NCBI RefSeq assembly: GCF_001194135.2
Contig: NC_068983.1
Span: 150,382,238 to 150,446,237, forward strand
Reading direction: 5' to 3'
Origin: Octopus bimaculoides
Taxonomy: Eukaryota
Length of the DNA: 64,000 bases
The translations under genes and the position numbers were made by a program. Of the stretch, positions 1 through 12,855 are shown piece after piece; the first letter of the stretch is position 1; the number at the start of each line of letters is the position of its first letter. The notes beneath the pieces were generated by a model. That model was not told the origin of the DNA, did not search any database, and saw only the letters and a list, made by a program, of their open reading frames with translations.

Positions 1-142
1 AAAAAAAAAAAAAAAAAAAACCTTTTATACAGAAAGTACAAAATGCTCCTCATCCTGGATCACAAGTAGTAATTAAGTAGGCAGTATAATTAAACTATGC
101 ACAACACCAATACAGTGAAAAAAAAAAAAAAAAGTACATTAC

Positions 143-435
143 CAGAAGTAGAAACTTCTGTCTTCAAATTCATGTTGTTCTATGGGGTGAAGATCTCCTG
201 GATAGAATGCATTGGTGGCTGTTCCTAAACTGGTCTGCTCACACTTCACTAAATCATCAGTCCAACGGTTACCCTTAAAAGGAGATATATGCACATATAT
301 TGTTCAATATACATACAAAATATATACATCATGATTTTAACATTTACTTTTCCATGCTCAAATTCATGCTTAAATTCATGCTTAAATTTTGAGAATGAAG
401 TCTCCATACACTGTATCGTTATAAATAGTGCTTTC

Positions 436-466
<31 letters not shown>

Positions 467-1017
467 AAGTTACAAATGACAAAAGAAATAGTATGATGAA
501 AATTTATTTAACTATAAGAAATTTCAAATATCATGAAGCAGGTAAAGATAATTTATATTATTTTATTTAATAATAAATTACTTGCATGTCTGCATTAATA
601 CAAAAAATCTTTTAAAACATACAGATATGTAAATAATTTATAATATAAATTATCTTTACATGCTTTAAGTTATGAAACAATGTGATATTATAAGTTTCTT
701 GTTAAATAAATTTTCCTCATACTATTTCTCTTATTTATAAACCTTATACACTGCTTATCATTTTCTCTTATATTGTACTATATATTCTCTGAGTGGTTGG
801 CGTTAGGAAGGGCATCCAGCTGTAGAAACTCTGCCAAATCAGACTGGAGCCTGGTGTTGCCATCCGGTTTCACCAGTCCTCAGTCAAATCGTCCAACCCA
901 TGCTAGCATGGAAAGCGGACGTTAAACGATGATGATGATGATGATGATTCTATATGTTTGTACACTGATACATTAAGGAGCATTTTTACACACACATATA
1001 CACACACGCGTATATAA

Positions 1018-1048
<31 letters not shown>

Positions 1049-4000
1049 CACACACATATTTTCCCCTCAGCTCCTCATCAAGGTTGTCTGCTTTTGTGAG
1101 TTGACGGGATTGTTCATTCCCATTCCGGATCCATAAATTCTACAGCAGATAGGGCAGGGAAAATGTCTAGATTGTGCCGGTTGGTTTCAGGGTTCATGCC
1201 TATGTCATTTTCCCTTGAGATGGTGGTGTTGATATTGTTTGAAGACTGACTCCTTTACTTTGTCACAGTTACTCTGCCAGGTCTTTCTGTCTTGTGAGAG
1301 ATTCTCAAAGCTGGGAGAAAGGACTGTTGCAAACTTGAAGAATTTTCTTTAACTGATCTTTGTTTTTTTTTTGTGCCCCATGAGAGCGACCTCCAGTTTC
1401 AAGTCTTGGAAGGTGATTTTCAGGCACCCATGCTACATATCCTTCTCAGTGCAGAAGACAACAGTCAAAGATGCATTCAATACTTGTGATTCCTGGATGC
1501 TGAAAGATATAGTGGGGAATCTATTGTTCTCAAGAGATGCCAAGAATATTTTGAAAGCACCGAACATGAAAAGCTTCAAGTTGTAAAGTGTCCAGCATTC
1601 ACTGCCATATAGTGGTGTGGAGATCACAACAGCTCAATATGCAACAATTTTGGCATGAAAACAAAGACCTGAGTTGGCAAATACCTAGGATTTCAGTCTT
1701 CCAAACAAAGTAGCAAGTTGATGCAGTTGGTGATATCTTCATCAGTATGTGCCAAATCTGAAATTATACTGCCAAGACAGCAGAAAGATGTGTTTTTCAG
1801 AGGTGTATTGTTTACATGCAATTGCTGAGGAAGTGTGTTGCCTGTGAATAATGTCTGCATGACCTTAGTCTTTTTGGGGATTGATGGCACTACAGCTCTC
1901 AATGATGAACCAAGCTATCAAGATTGTCAAAGTGACATAGTTGCAGAATGCAATCAGGAAGGAAACTTGGTTTGAAGAAACTGATGATGATTAACAATTC
2001 ACTGATCCAGAAAATGAAAAGCTACATGTGGATAGTGAGAACTGTAAAGCTACAGGAGACAAACAGAGGGATCTCATAGGAAACTGGGAATATGTTAGAG
2101 AAACAAAATGAAAAGGAATATGGAAGACCAACTTGAGTATTTCATTATCTACAAGGTGATAAGACATCTACAAAGAAGCATCAAGAACTAGAGACTAAAA
2201 AGCAGCTGTTGCCGAGGAGAGGAAAATTCTAAAAAGAAGCAAGAAAGAGATGGCAGTTATTGGAGTTTATGGTGTTCAAGAACAAAGACAGGCTCACGGT
2301 TATGAACAAAAGGGGCTGGAGGAGGTCTGTGAAACCGTTTACATCAATCATTTTAAAATCATCAATGACACTGAATCCTCCATTGTCACAAGTATTTGAA
2401 GTGTCACTCATTTTGTTTTAAAGCTGATGAAGAATAAAACCTCTTGAAAAGAGGTTATAATAGCAGAATGTTGAAGAGTGGAGTATAACGACTAAAGAAA
2501 AATCTTCCTCTTTCATTGCAACTGATAAGTGAAAGTGGAAAATACCCTTACTGTCAGAGTTGAATATTATTTGGCTTTATAAGAAGGATGATAGGGAAGA
2601 TCTGCAAAACTATCACCCCATACGCCTCTGTATGACATCCACAGGCTGTTCAGAAAGGTTACAGTCACCAAACTATCACATCTTGACAACCAACAGATGA
2701 GGAGCACACAGGTTTTTGGAAGAACAACAGCACAAGAGTATAAGCTGCCTATTTGTGTTACCTTCATTGATCATATTGATAGCACTGAAGTGAATGTGGT
2801 GCTGAAGTCTCTAGACTTTAGCATCAAGGCACAATGCATCAAATTCTCAGAGAGGCAAAATTGGGATGTACCACTGATACAGCTCTACTCTTATTGCCCA
2901 TAAGAATGTGTATATGTATGTATATTCATATGACAAGGGTTGTCAGATAAATTTTTTCCAATGTTATTTGAATTAACACAAAAATTATTCTTATCAGTGT
3001 TTTATGGGTTTTTTTTAGTTCTATACTTTTTTGCTGATTGTTTTTGAAATTCAAATAAATTTAACCTCTTTTCAAACATAAAACAATAGAGTGCTAAATA
3101 AGCATTTCTTACATCTGCTTCTTTTCACTGTCAAAATTTCAAAAGGTGCCAAAATCATTCAAGATGAGGTAATCCTGAATGCAACAGAAATGTAGGAAAA
3201 TTGGAGTAGAAAGAGAATGATGGCTCAGATTCAACATTTACAGTTTTAATTTCTCTGAATTGTAAGATAATATTTTAATTTTTTTACTTTAATTGATAAT
3301 GATGAGATTTCAAACTTTGTGTTAGAAAATACCATACTACAATGTCTATATGAATACCATTATTGGTGCTAGCACCTAACATACTGTATTGAGGCTGGCT
3401 AGATTATCCTCATGTTTTAACATCTATCTTCCATGCTAACATGAATTGGCTGGTTTTACAGGATCTGGTGGGTCCAAGTTCCAAGGTCTGCTTTGGCATG
3501 GTTTCTATGGCTAGATGCCCTTCCTAATACTAACCACTTTACAGTATGTACTGAGTGTTGTTCTTCTTTCTTGTAACACCAGCATTAGTGAGGTCATCAT
3601 GCAGCCCAGAAGACTAAGATCTCCCTTGACTGAGTAGGATTACAGTAGAAAAGGAGGAAGCTTTATGCTACGAGTGAAGGGTTAATGTGTGAGAGAAGGA
3701 GCCAGAACAGAACAGGTTTCTTGCAATAGAGGACCGACATGGTGATTGACATAATAGAAGAGAAGATGAGAATGGCCATGGTGGAGCTGGAAAGAGATGA
3801 AAATAATGATGATGTGTCAAAGTAGGCCCTAACAAATGACAGGAGAAGTGTGGGTGTATAGAGGTTGCAAAAGTGTATGGGAAAGTGGAATATAGTTAGG
3901 GATAATGAAAAGGTGAATATAATAAAGAACAAGTGTTAGAGGATAAGGGTTGTAGGAAGAAATTATGTAGGGTTGACGGGTAACCAATGATGAGTTGGAG

Positions 4001-7000
4001 GAGGTGGGGGATTTATTTTTTTTTTTACAAAAACTTTAGTAAAAAAAACAAAAAACAAACTAAACAATGACAACTTCTAGGTCTGTTACATATCGTCTTG
4101 CTGAAAAAAATTAAACTCGGTAATATGTTAGAATTTCATAATCCTTGCTCTAATTTCATAGCATTAACCAGAAGAAGGACAATTCACTTCTCCACTGGAG
4201 ATAATCTGATATCTATTCCTGACTGGTAGAAATAAGTGCAATGCACAAGCCTGCAATAGATTTCAAATAAAAATGTTGGACTACTTTGTGCAAGTAGTCC
4301 AACTTTCACCTATTTAACTTTTACATGAATCAACAGAGCATGAAACCTATTCACTACTGGTTATTTAATTACTTGAATAGTTAAATAACTTAATGCAACT
4401 TATATTGTGACTGGAAGATGTATTCAGAGTACCATTTGACAACTTCTATTAGGTTTCTGAGCATAGAGAACGTCTGAATGAAATCTACAACAAAGAGGGA
4501 GAAAAGCAGCCATTACCAACATCAGAGCAGATGAACTTACTGCATTCATGGTAGAGAGTATCATCTTTTCTATCAAAATCCCCTTCCACACCACCTACAA
4601 CCCCATTTGTTAATAATTTTAATGCAAAAAGTAGATATAGAATAATTTTTAAATATGGAAATTAAAAACAAAAAACAAAAAAAAAACAAAGGATATTCTT
4701 CCAAACAAACAACTATGAAGCAGAAGCGCCATCCAATGCAAGTATTGGGGGCTGCACCAAATGTTAGAAACCAAAAACAAAATACAACTTCATTGTCAGT
4801 AGAGTCATCAAACCAAAGAGAGAAAGACTAGAAGTAAAGGAAATAATAGAAGGATTTTGATGATAGGCTTGTGAGGAGTGCCATAGTGTGGAAATAAAGT
4901 CCTGAGAGGTGTGGTTCACAATAGCACTTCAATTCCTGGACTATGACATTGGAAATTCATTCATTTATTAATAACCCAGTATGACTAGGAAGAGTCTAGC
5001 TGATTCATCATGTAAAATGCTTACTAATGAGTCAAGACCATAGCATGGTTTTGTTAGTCATATCATTGACTCCTTTACACAGTCTGCCTGGCTGTAAATT
5101 AGTTAGCAAGACAGGTGTAAACAACAGTAGTTGGCAATGTGTCAGGAACTGATTTGTTGTATCATCAGATCTGCTGAAATAGACCTATGATTTGCAATTA
5201 ATTAACTGGGATTGATCTATAATAGTACAGCAAATATAAACACCTCCATCTACCTAGGACCATGATGCATGATTGAGTCATGTGATTGTGTGGGGTGAAT
5301 AATGGAAAAGAGCACACTGAGGTGGCTGAAACAGAGATAATTAAGGCTGGTTCGCCTAAGAAAGTCTATAAGTAAGACTAATATTAACAATTCCACAACC
5401 TAACACTACCAAGAATGTATGCAGGGAGATGGAAAAACTAACTGCATCAAAAATACATAATGTAATTTTGATATGGAAGAGTTTATACCAGTTATGTCTC
5501 CATCACTTTACACACTAAAATAAAAAGGTTTTATGGAATCAGCTGCAATAAACAGGAGGTTTCATTGCTAAAATAATTTTCTAATCCAATGAGGTTAATT
5601 TGATTAAGCAGATTTAAAAAACAAAACAAAACAAAAAAACATTTGAGCGAGATCATTGCCAGTGCCGCCGAACTGGCTCCTGTGCAGGTGACAGGTAAAA
5701 TACACCATTATGAGAGTGACCATTGCCAGTACCGCTTGACTGGCCTTCGTGCCGGTGGCACGTAAAAGCACCCACTACACTCTTGGAGTGGTTGGCGTTA
5801 GGAAGGGCATGTAAACTCTGCCAAATCAGATTGGAACCTGGTGTAGCCATCTGGTTCGCCAGTCCTCAGTCAAATCGTCCAACCCATGCTAGCATGGAAG
5901 GCGGACGTTAAACGATGATGATGAGATCTAACACGACAGGAAACATTGGTCAAGAATTTAATACAAATTCTAACCTAATGCTCGGATTTCAGTGAAGTAA
6001 TAACGATATTTTTACATTGGTATAATTAAATCAATTGAACAAATTCCCCAATATATATAGCTAATATTTATGTTGATTTCCTCAGAACAAGGAAGAGCAG
6101 TGTCAGCATGAACAGGAATTGAACTCAAGAATGCAGAACAAATCTAATTGTAAGCCTGTATCTGCTACTCCACCATCCTTTTTCTGTGCTAATAAAAATT
6201 TATTACTCATTGTTAAAATGATGTTTAGGAAATATCTGTTTTAACTGGATTCCAGGAAGAAAGCTATGCAGACAGTAGCCTCACTATGATTTTAGGAGCA
6301 TCAAAAATCAGCAGCAAGATAATGAGAAGTGATATCGTGGAATTGGAGATGACTTTTTACAAAGTGGTTCCACTTGTGATAGAGATGTTACTAACAAGTG
6401 TTCTAATCTAAACTTTGCATGTCTATTTCACTCGACAACGAATTATGGGGTACCAGCAGAAACTGGCCTCAGTGTAATATGATCAGATCTATCTAGTGCT
6501 TAGAAGAAATAATGTTATTAGCTGTAAATGTTCTAGTGAAGGTTGTAATAAAAATAACATGATAGACTGTTTTTGTTTATATTTACTTATGAAGTCCTCC
6601 CCTTCTATCAGAATATCGAATATGTTATTGGACATTTGTGTGTGGTTAGTAGACCAAACTTGTAAAACCTATACAAACGGAAACATGTAAATGTCTCCGA
6701 AACTACGAGGAAATTCTGAGAAGCAACGAGAAAAGGATGAGAGAAATCTTCCCCCGGATAGTACGCCAGTTTTTCTGGTCCCTACACAAGTGATCTGTTC
6801 AGAATAATAACGAAAACACAGGCAGGAATCTCATAACCCACAAGCAGATAGATCGGTGCTTTATTTACTAAAGTTACTTCAATTCCACCAATTAACGAAC
6901 AGTTTGTCAAAATTGATGAGTAAATTTACGTACAGCTTGTAAAATTATACAGCAATTAGGATTCAAAATTGTCTTTTTACTTAAACACCACAAACCTTGT

Positions 7001-8577
7001 AAAGTTTGAGGTTGTCATCAATCCATGTTCTCTATCCAATTACCAGCACATATATTTACATACAAAAACCAAAATGCAACGGGTTGCAGTGTTAGATCAC
7101 CTTAATGGGTATTGTCAGAAACACAGATTCAATTTCTGACTAGAACGATCTCCATTTAATGCTTAAGGAGGAAAACTTATAAACGTCCACAGCAAGCCGC
7201 TATCCACCCTTTAAGAGTTCAAGTGTATGTATGTGAGCGTGTGTGTGGTGTGAAAATAAATACTTCATTGAACTTGATTTCGCTTGGTACCAAACCTAAC
7301 CTAAATAATTAAAAATTGAAGATTTGGAAAATGTAGAACATAAATAAAAGAACAACGAATGTTTTCAAAGATCCACGGATTCAAATTACACTTTTAATTC
7401 TGAGAAGCGTATTCGGATATATCTTCCAATAAAATGAAGCAGAATTTTGGAAATGAGTTACATTTTGACACCACCCCACCAAATATGTATTATTCTCTGT
7501 ATGTGCGCATATACATACTATAGTATAACAATTTTCATAAAGTTATACAATTCACAAACATGAAGTAATTGTGTATTTTACTCGAAGAAAAAGTTTATTA
7601 AAAACTGTCTAAGTTTAATCGCACAAGACGGGGATGGGGAGATCAACATGTTCGTAAAAAATTAAGTTAGATTTATATTTTTAGAACTTAAAAAGATAGA
7701 CACTTTATATATATATATATATATATATAATACAAAATGGGACAAGAACGCAAAATATCCAGACAGGTGATACAAGGGACAACAAAACATCCAGATAGAC
7801 TATATATATATATATATATATATANNNNNNNNNNNNNNNNNNNNNNNNNNNNNNNNNNNNNNNNNNNNNNNNNNNNNNNNNNNNNNNNNNNNNNNNNNNN
7901 NNNNNNNNNNNNNNNNNNNNNNNNNNNNNNNNNNNNNNNNNNNNNNNNNNNNNNNNNNNNNNNNNNNNNNNNNNNNNNNNNNNTATGCATATATCCATAC
8001 ATATATGTACATACCTACATCCATATGTATGCATACATGCATATATGGTTATATATATATATATACATTTTTATTAAATCGTTCAAGTCGAAGCCTTCTT
8101 TACATAAGCAGAATCGATTGTTATTTAGAATATATACATATTTAACGGTAAAAACTTTAGTGACAAGAACTTTCAACGACAGAAGATGGAAATTGAAAAT
8201 CGAATACAAAAATTACGACAAAAATCTATATGTAAAAAAACACACACACACACACACACAATCAGTATTATAATTGTAAGTCAGCTTTTATGAATATACA
8301 GATATACAAAGATTATATATCTATACACGTATCTACGTATATATATAGTGTGTGTATAATACGTTATATATATATATGTATACTAAAAACTCTAGAAAGA
8401 GGACATCTTTTTTGCTTGTTTTTTTTTAATATCGTTTCACTTCCACCAGCTGTTTCAAACGAAATTATCCAATAAACAATCTAACAGTGCACAAGATATT
8501 CAAGAGGCACTCACCTGCATTCCGAACCATGGATTCATTTCATATGTAGTTCCATTGGAGATAATCCCGCTGGACAT
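143..8577 (-). CDS. Unidentified spliced protein-coding gene, candidate 5' exons (continues left of the window)
   Basis: Candidate exons: 8577-8515 (MSSGIISNGTTYEMNPWFGMQ, CAG|GTGAGT), 6668-6587 (VLQVWSTNHTQMSNNIFDILIEGEDFI, tgtatag| ... |GTAAAT), 4594-4541 (SGVEGDFDRKDDTLYHEC, |GTAAGT), 273-143 (GNRWTDDLVKCEQTSLGTATNAFYPGDLHPIEQHEFEDRSFYF, ttttaag| ... |GTAATG). The first three are phase-compatible (0,1,1); a phase 1-to-0 exon is needed before 273. Protein not recognised. Confidence 0.5.
786..948 (+). mobile_element. RTE LINE extreme 3' end copy
   Basis: gagtggttggcgttaggaagggcatccagc...ccatgctagcatggaaagcggacgttaaac(gat)n. Confidence 0.87.
1086..1902 (-). mobile_element. Degenerate RTE-BovB-like LINE, RT C-terminal region
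   Basis: Frameshifted peptides KKTKVMQ...FCCLGSIIS and LYGSECWTLY typical of RTE ORF2. Confidence 0.7.
1903..2905 (+). mobile_element. Degenerate RTE-1-like LINE, pre-RT/RT fragment
   Basis: LYKKDDREDLQNYHPIRL and EYKLPICVTFIDH resemble RT domains 0-2. Confidence 0.65.
5647..5923 (+). mobile_element. RTE LINE 3' UTR copy (2 modules)
   Basis: Same core and (gat)n tail. Confidence 0.85.
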
Positions 8578-8644
8578 TTCTCCTTTAAAGACCCAAACTT
8601 ATAAAAGCTTCACTCGAAAATAGTCACATCCGTTTCATTTTCGC

Positions 8645-8652
8645 CGGAAGTA
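8645..8652 (+). promoter_or_regulatory. ETS/GABP-type CCGGAAGT motif in the CpG-retaining region at the putative first exon of the unidentified gene
   Basis: cgCCGGAAGTag, about 70 nt upstream (on -) of ATG 8577; such motifs are common near housekeeping TSSs. Confidence 0.35.
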
Positions 8653-10513
8653 GTGCAAGTGTCAGTCGATTGAGTCTGCGCAGCCATCATTTTCCTTTCT
8701 ATTTATTATTAGTATTATTCTTATTACGTTGACGTTTAACCCTAGGCTAGCCTTCATTCAGCAAATCTCTAATGAAAGTCATTCCAGCCATGACTATCTC
8801 GTCTGTTTCTCGGGCATTGCGTACCTAGAATACCTTAGTCAATGTTTCCCCCCTTTCCACGAAAGAAGGATGACATTTAGGGAGATTTAATTGCTATTTC
8901 TTGCTGGTTGAGCGAACATAGTTCATACTATTTATTATTGTGGGTTTTGTCTTAACCATCAATGGAGAAGTAAATTGAAATCAATTTTGATCAAAATTAA
9001 TATCTTGCCTAGTTTTTTTTTTCTTTTTCATAAGCGAAACGTCAAATCATAAAGATCCCGTTTTTATCTTTAGATGCTTTATCGTATATTGACAACTTTT
9101 TAAAAATATGAATTCAGCATGTTGCGTGAAAAACAAAAATAGCCGCATTAAAAACCAGTGTGAGAGAACATCTACATGATCACTCGATCTGCTAGAAATA
9201 GCAACTGAATCCCACTTCACACTCTAAGTGAGGTTGTCTTTGATATACTATAGTAAACAAAAAACAAAACGAGATGATCGTGGCTAGAACGCCTTTGTTC
9301 ATGTGTCTGCTCGGCCAAAACTGACCGGGTGGGGTTAAACAGACTTCGAGGAATCCAGTTGTAGTCTAGTAAAAAATCGGTTGATAAAGTTATCAGTTTA
9401 AATAAGCGACGTTAAATATGCATCTTGTTGGCACTTTGCTCGCCTCTACACTTGTCTCACTGCTAGGAATAGTTTTTTTAATTTTTTTTATTGGTATATT
9501 TCTTAGATTAGTTTAATGTAGCCGAGTTGGTTATTTCAATTGGTATGAAATTAAATTAATGACAAAGGAACAGGAAATTGGAAACCAACTACATTTTATC
9601 AGAAGAAACACTTTGAGGTTTTTACTGCACTGTTTCTTCCATTTAATCTGTAATTTCTTCAAAGATCTAAAAAAAAGTTACATTTTCCAATCTTGATCAG
9701 GAATTCCCTAATTTTTAGGTTGGACTCTTTGGAGAAAAGTAAGAGGTATTCGCATAAGAAAACGTCACGCATCCAGTAAGCTGGAAAAATCGTTAAAATA
9801 TGGGTTAAAAAGAAAAAAAAAAAGTAACTACTGCTGACTTCAGTACACGTCGGGTTCTTTTATGGAATATGGATCGTGCTTGACTGAATTGTGTAAAGGA
9901 GTCCTGTGTATTTGCAGATATGTTGTAATATTCACACCTTTCGAAAGGACATCATCAGCTAACTTGTACTTGTAAAATTGTCTTTTATTGCTAATTGTAC
10001 AAATTATCCTACCGATGGAATAGATTATTATAAATCACGAGGAAAAGAAAAGTAGTTGAGCTTACTTTTACAAATGTTGAATAACTTCAAATGATGTTTT
10101 TAATTATTTAGTCTAAAAAGAGGTAATAAAGTCTAAAAGAAAAGGAGAGCATTGCACTTCTGTCCCAGCTGTCTTAGTTTTTCCTCTTTCCATAGCAGAT
10201 AAAACCCAACACATATTTCTCCTCAATAAATTTTGGATCTTATGCCCATGTAAGAAAAAATAGATGAGCTTCAGTAAAGAGACACTACATAGAATGAGGC
10301 TGATATAGTTAATATTCAGTATAAGCATTTGTAGGTTATTAGCAGGAGTGAACCATGTGTGTGTAGAGAGAGATAGGCACTTAAAACATTGCTTGCGGAA
10401 GAAAAATTGGATAAGTGCTTATTACAAGTTTTAAGGAGTGAGACAGTAGGGATCTAGAGAGGAAGTCAAACAAGCGACAAATGGTTTTAGATGAAAGACA
10501 GTGTACAATAAAT

Positions 10514-11066
10514 AGTGTAAGTATCTTGAGAGAAAAGCTGAACATAAGAAGCGTCAGTATGGTGTGCAAGAGAGACGATTGCGCTGGTTTGGACATGTGG
10601 TGAGAATGAATGAGGATAGCTGCGTAAAAAAGTGCCACTCCCTAACAGTTGAGGGAACCCGTGGAAGAGGTAGGCCCAAGAAGACCTGGGCTGAGGTGGT
10701 GAGGCAAGACCTTCGAACATTGGGCCTCACCGAGGCGATGACTACTGACCGAGACCTTTGGAAATGTACTGTGCGTGAGAAGACCCGGCAAGCCAAGTGA
10801 GATCGTTGCCAGTGCCCCTGGACTGGCTCTTGTGCGGGTGGCACATAAAAGACACCATTTCGAACGTGGCCGTTTTCGTGCGGGTGACACGTAAAAGCAC
10901 CCACTACACTCTCTGAGTGGTTGGCGTTAGGAAGGGCATCCAGCTGTAGAAACTCTGCCAAATTAGATTGGAGCCTGGTGTAGCCATCCGGTTGCACCAG
11001 TCCTCAGTCAAATCGTCCAACCCATGCTAGCATGGAAAGCGGACGTTAAACGATGATGATGATGAT
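10514..11066 (+). mobile_element. RTE-clade LINE, 5'-truncated young copy (ORF2 C-terminus + 3' UTR + (GAT)n tail)
   Basis: ERRLRWFGHVVRM...RGRGRPKKTW...DRDLW is the typical RTE ORF2 end; followed by hairpin modules and a (gat)n tail. Confidence 0.9.
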
Positions 11067-11467
11067 TGTATAACCGATGTGGTAAAAGCTGAAGAGGTAA
11101 ATACTTAGATTGGAAGAAGTTCTGAACAGTTCAACTTGAATTCACACAGTATCACAGATCTATTCAATTTGGTTATAAATTTACGATTTTTTTAAAAAGT
11201 GTATGTTATACACTAACTCTTCACGAACAATCTATTCTAAAAATAAAAAAAAGTATTTTCGAAGAGGAATATTTCAAGTTGTCCATTCTTTAAATCTTTC
11301 AAATAGTTTCACGAATGTTATAAATTTAATTGCATGTTATTTTGATAATAATGATCACCTATAGCACAAGGCCACAAATTTATAAGGGAATGATGTAGTC
11401 AATCGATTTGAATTTACGATTGATATTTTATTGATACCAGACACCATGAAAGACAATATCCACCTTC

Positions 11468-12855
11468 TAAAGGTGAGCACCGTTAATCGAAATGTTAACT
11501 TCGTTAACTGTTAATCTGTTAACCAATAAGTTAACTTGGATAACTGCTAATCAGTTAATTCTTTAAAAATGTAACGGAAATTATCGATAAACTGTTAACA
11601 TTAATTTTTATTACAGCAAAAATTCAGTTTTGCTCTAAAAACACCTTTAAAAAGTGCCATAACTATAAAAGCAGCCTTTATTGGCCTTTTTAAGGGCTTT
11701 AGAACCCCAAAACTATAGTTTTTTTTTTTTTGCTTTAGAGTTTAAAAAATGCTAATTTTATAGTTTTAACTTTTAAAAGACCTAAAAACGGCTGATTTCA
11801 TAGTTTTTGCTCCCTTTGTTTTAAGGGTTTAAAGGCTTTTAGAGCTAGAAAAAGGTAAAAAAAAAAAAGAAAAGAAAACTCAAATGAAACACAGTAATAC
11901 AGGGTGTCCACAAAGTCTGAGTACATGTTGTAAATAAAGTCATGACATAAACAATTAAATATAAGAAATAATTTCTTAAAGTATGTGTTAATCCCCATGT
12001 GGGTACATAGAGTAAATAAAATCATAACATAAACAATTGAATATTAGAAATAATAATTTCTTAAAGTATGTATTAATCTCCATGTAGCCAGACTTTGTGG
12101 ACACCCTGTAGTATTAAACAGATTATACTGGCACCAAAAAAGTTTATTGATAAAGTAGCTGTAAAAAAATATGAAAAATACGATATATACATAATTTAAT
12201 TTTTCCTTTTCTTCTCTCCATTTTGTTCCTGAGAGGCATGTTGCCCTTCATGAAAATTAGTATTGCAAAGTTTTCGTCAGACAGGATGATCTGTTGGCCC
12301 TCAAGATGTCCTTGCCCATAGAGAACAAACGCTCCACTGAAGTACTGGAGTGGGTGGCTGTGTTGAACTTGATGAACAAGTCCACCAACATTTGCTCACC
12401 CAAGAAGGCAGCATCTGTCAGCAAGTCCTTGAAGTTGGTCTCCGACCAGATGCTGGGCCTTGTCCTTGAGTGACCTGTGGTTCCTGCTGCTCTCTTTTGG
12501 CTGGGTAACATCACTGAAGAAGTCATCCTCCTTCTCTTTGTTGTTGCTGCTCACTTCGTCAGACTGCTACCTCATGGCCTCATTGACCTTACCCTCCATG
12601 CTTTTCCTCACCTTAGCGACCTTGGTGTTGTCATACTTATCCAACCAGATGAAACGAAACTTGGGGTGGAAGACAGCAGCCAGCTGGTATTCCTCATCCT
12701 CCAGGAGGCTCCTAACGGAAGTTAACTCAAGAAGTTAAATATAATGGAAGTTAATTAGTCCGATAATGATTTCCAAAGTTAACTTGAAAAGTAAAATCGT
12801 TCACGAAAATATTAACTTAGTTAATTAGCAATTAACGGTTTAGTGCCCAGATTTG
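11468..12855 (-). mobile_element. Non-autonomous hAT DNA transposon with 8-bp TSD
   Basis: Imperfect TIRs (taaaggtgagcac / rc caaatctgggcac); subterminal gttaa(c/t) repeats; flanks ccaccttc / ccacctcc (7/8); internal transposase C-terminus EYQLAAVFHPKFR and LFIKFNT...SVERLFSMGKDILRANRSS (hAT dimerisation domain) at 12257-12720. Confidence 0.88.
11900..12108. mobile_element. Tc1/mariner-type MITE nested in the hAT element
   Basis: TA|CAGGGTGTCCACAAAGTCTG ... CAGACTTTGTGGACACCCTG|TA; internal ~80-bp tandem duplication. Confidence 0.9.

Noticed and set aside
1086-2905. Possible twin-priming 5' inversion of a single LINE
   Set aside because: The minus piece looks BovB-like and the plus piece RTE-1-like, with several hundred bp of RT missing between them; two independent insertions are more likely.
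3113-3174. 62-nt segment with AG/GT ends as an exon of the unidentified gene
   Set aside because: Stop codons in all three frames; could only be a poison exon or chance.
5653-5911. Recurrent ORFs such as MATPGSNL..., MSPARKRP..., MLLRVT..., MQPDGYTRLQ...
   Set aside because: Alternative-frame readings of the LINE 3' UTR repeat, recurring at every copy; not host genes.
9925-9960. CTGATGA near cctttcgaaagg on - (also ctgatga at about 2424 on +)
   Set aside because: No stem II closing directly onto GAAA and no stem III or cleavage triplet.
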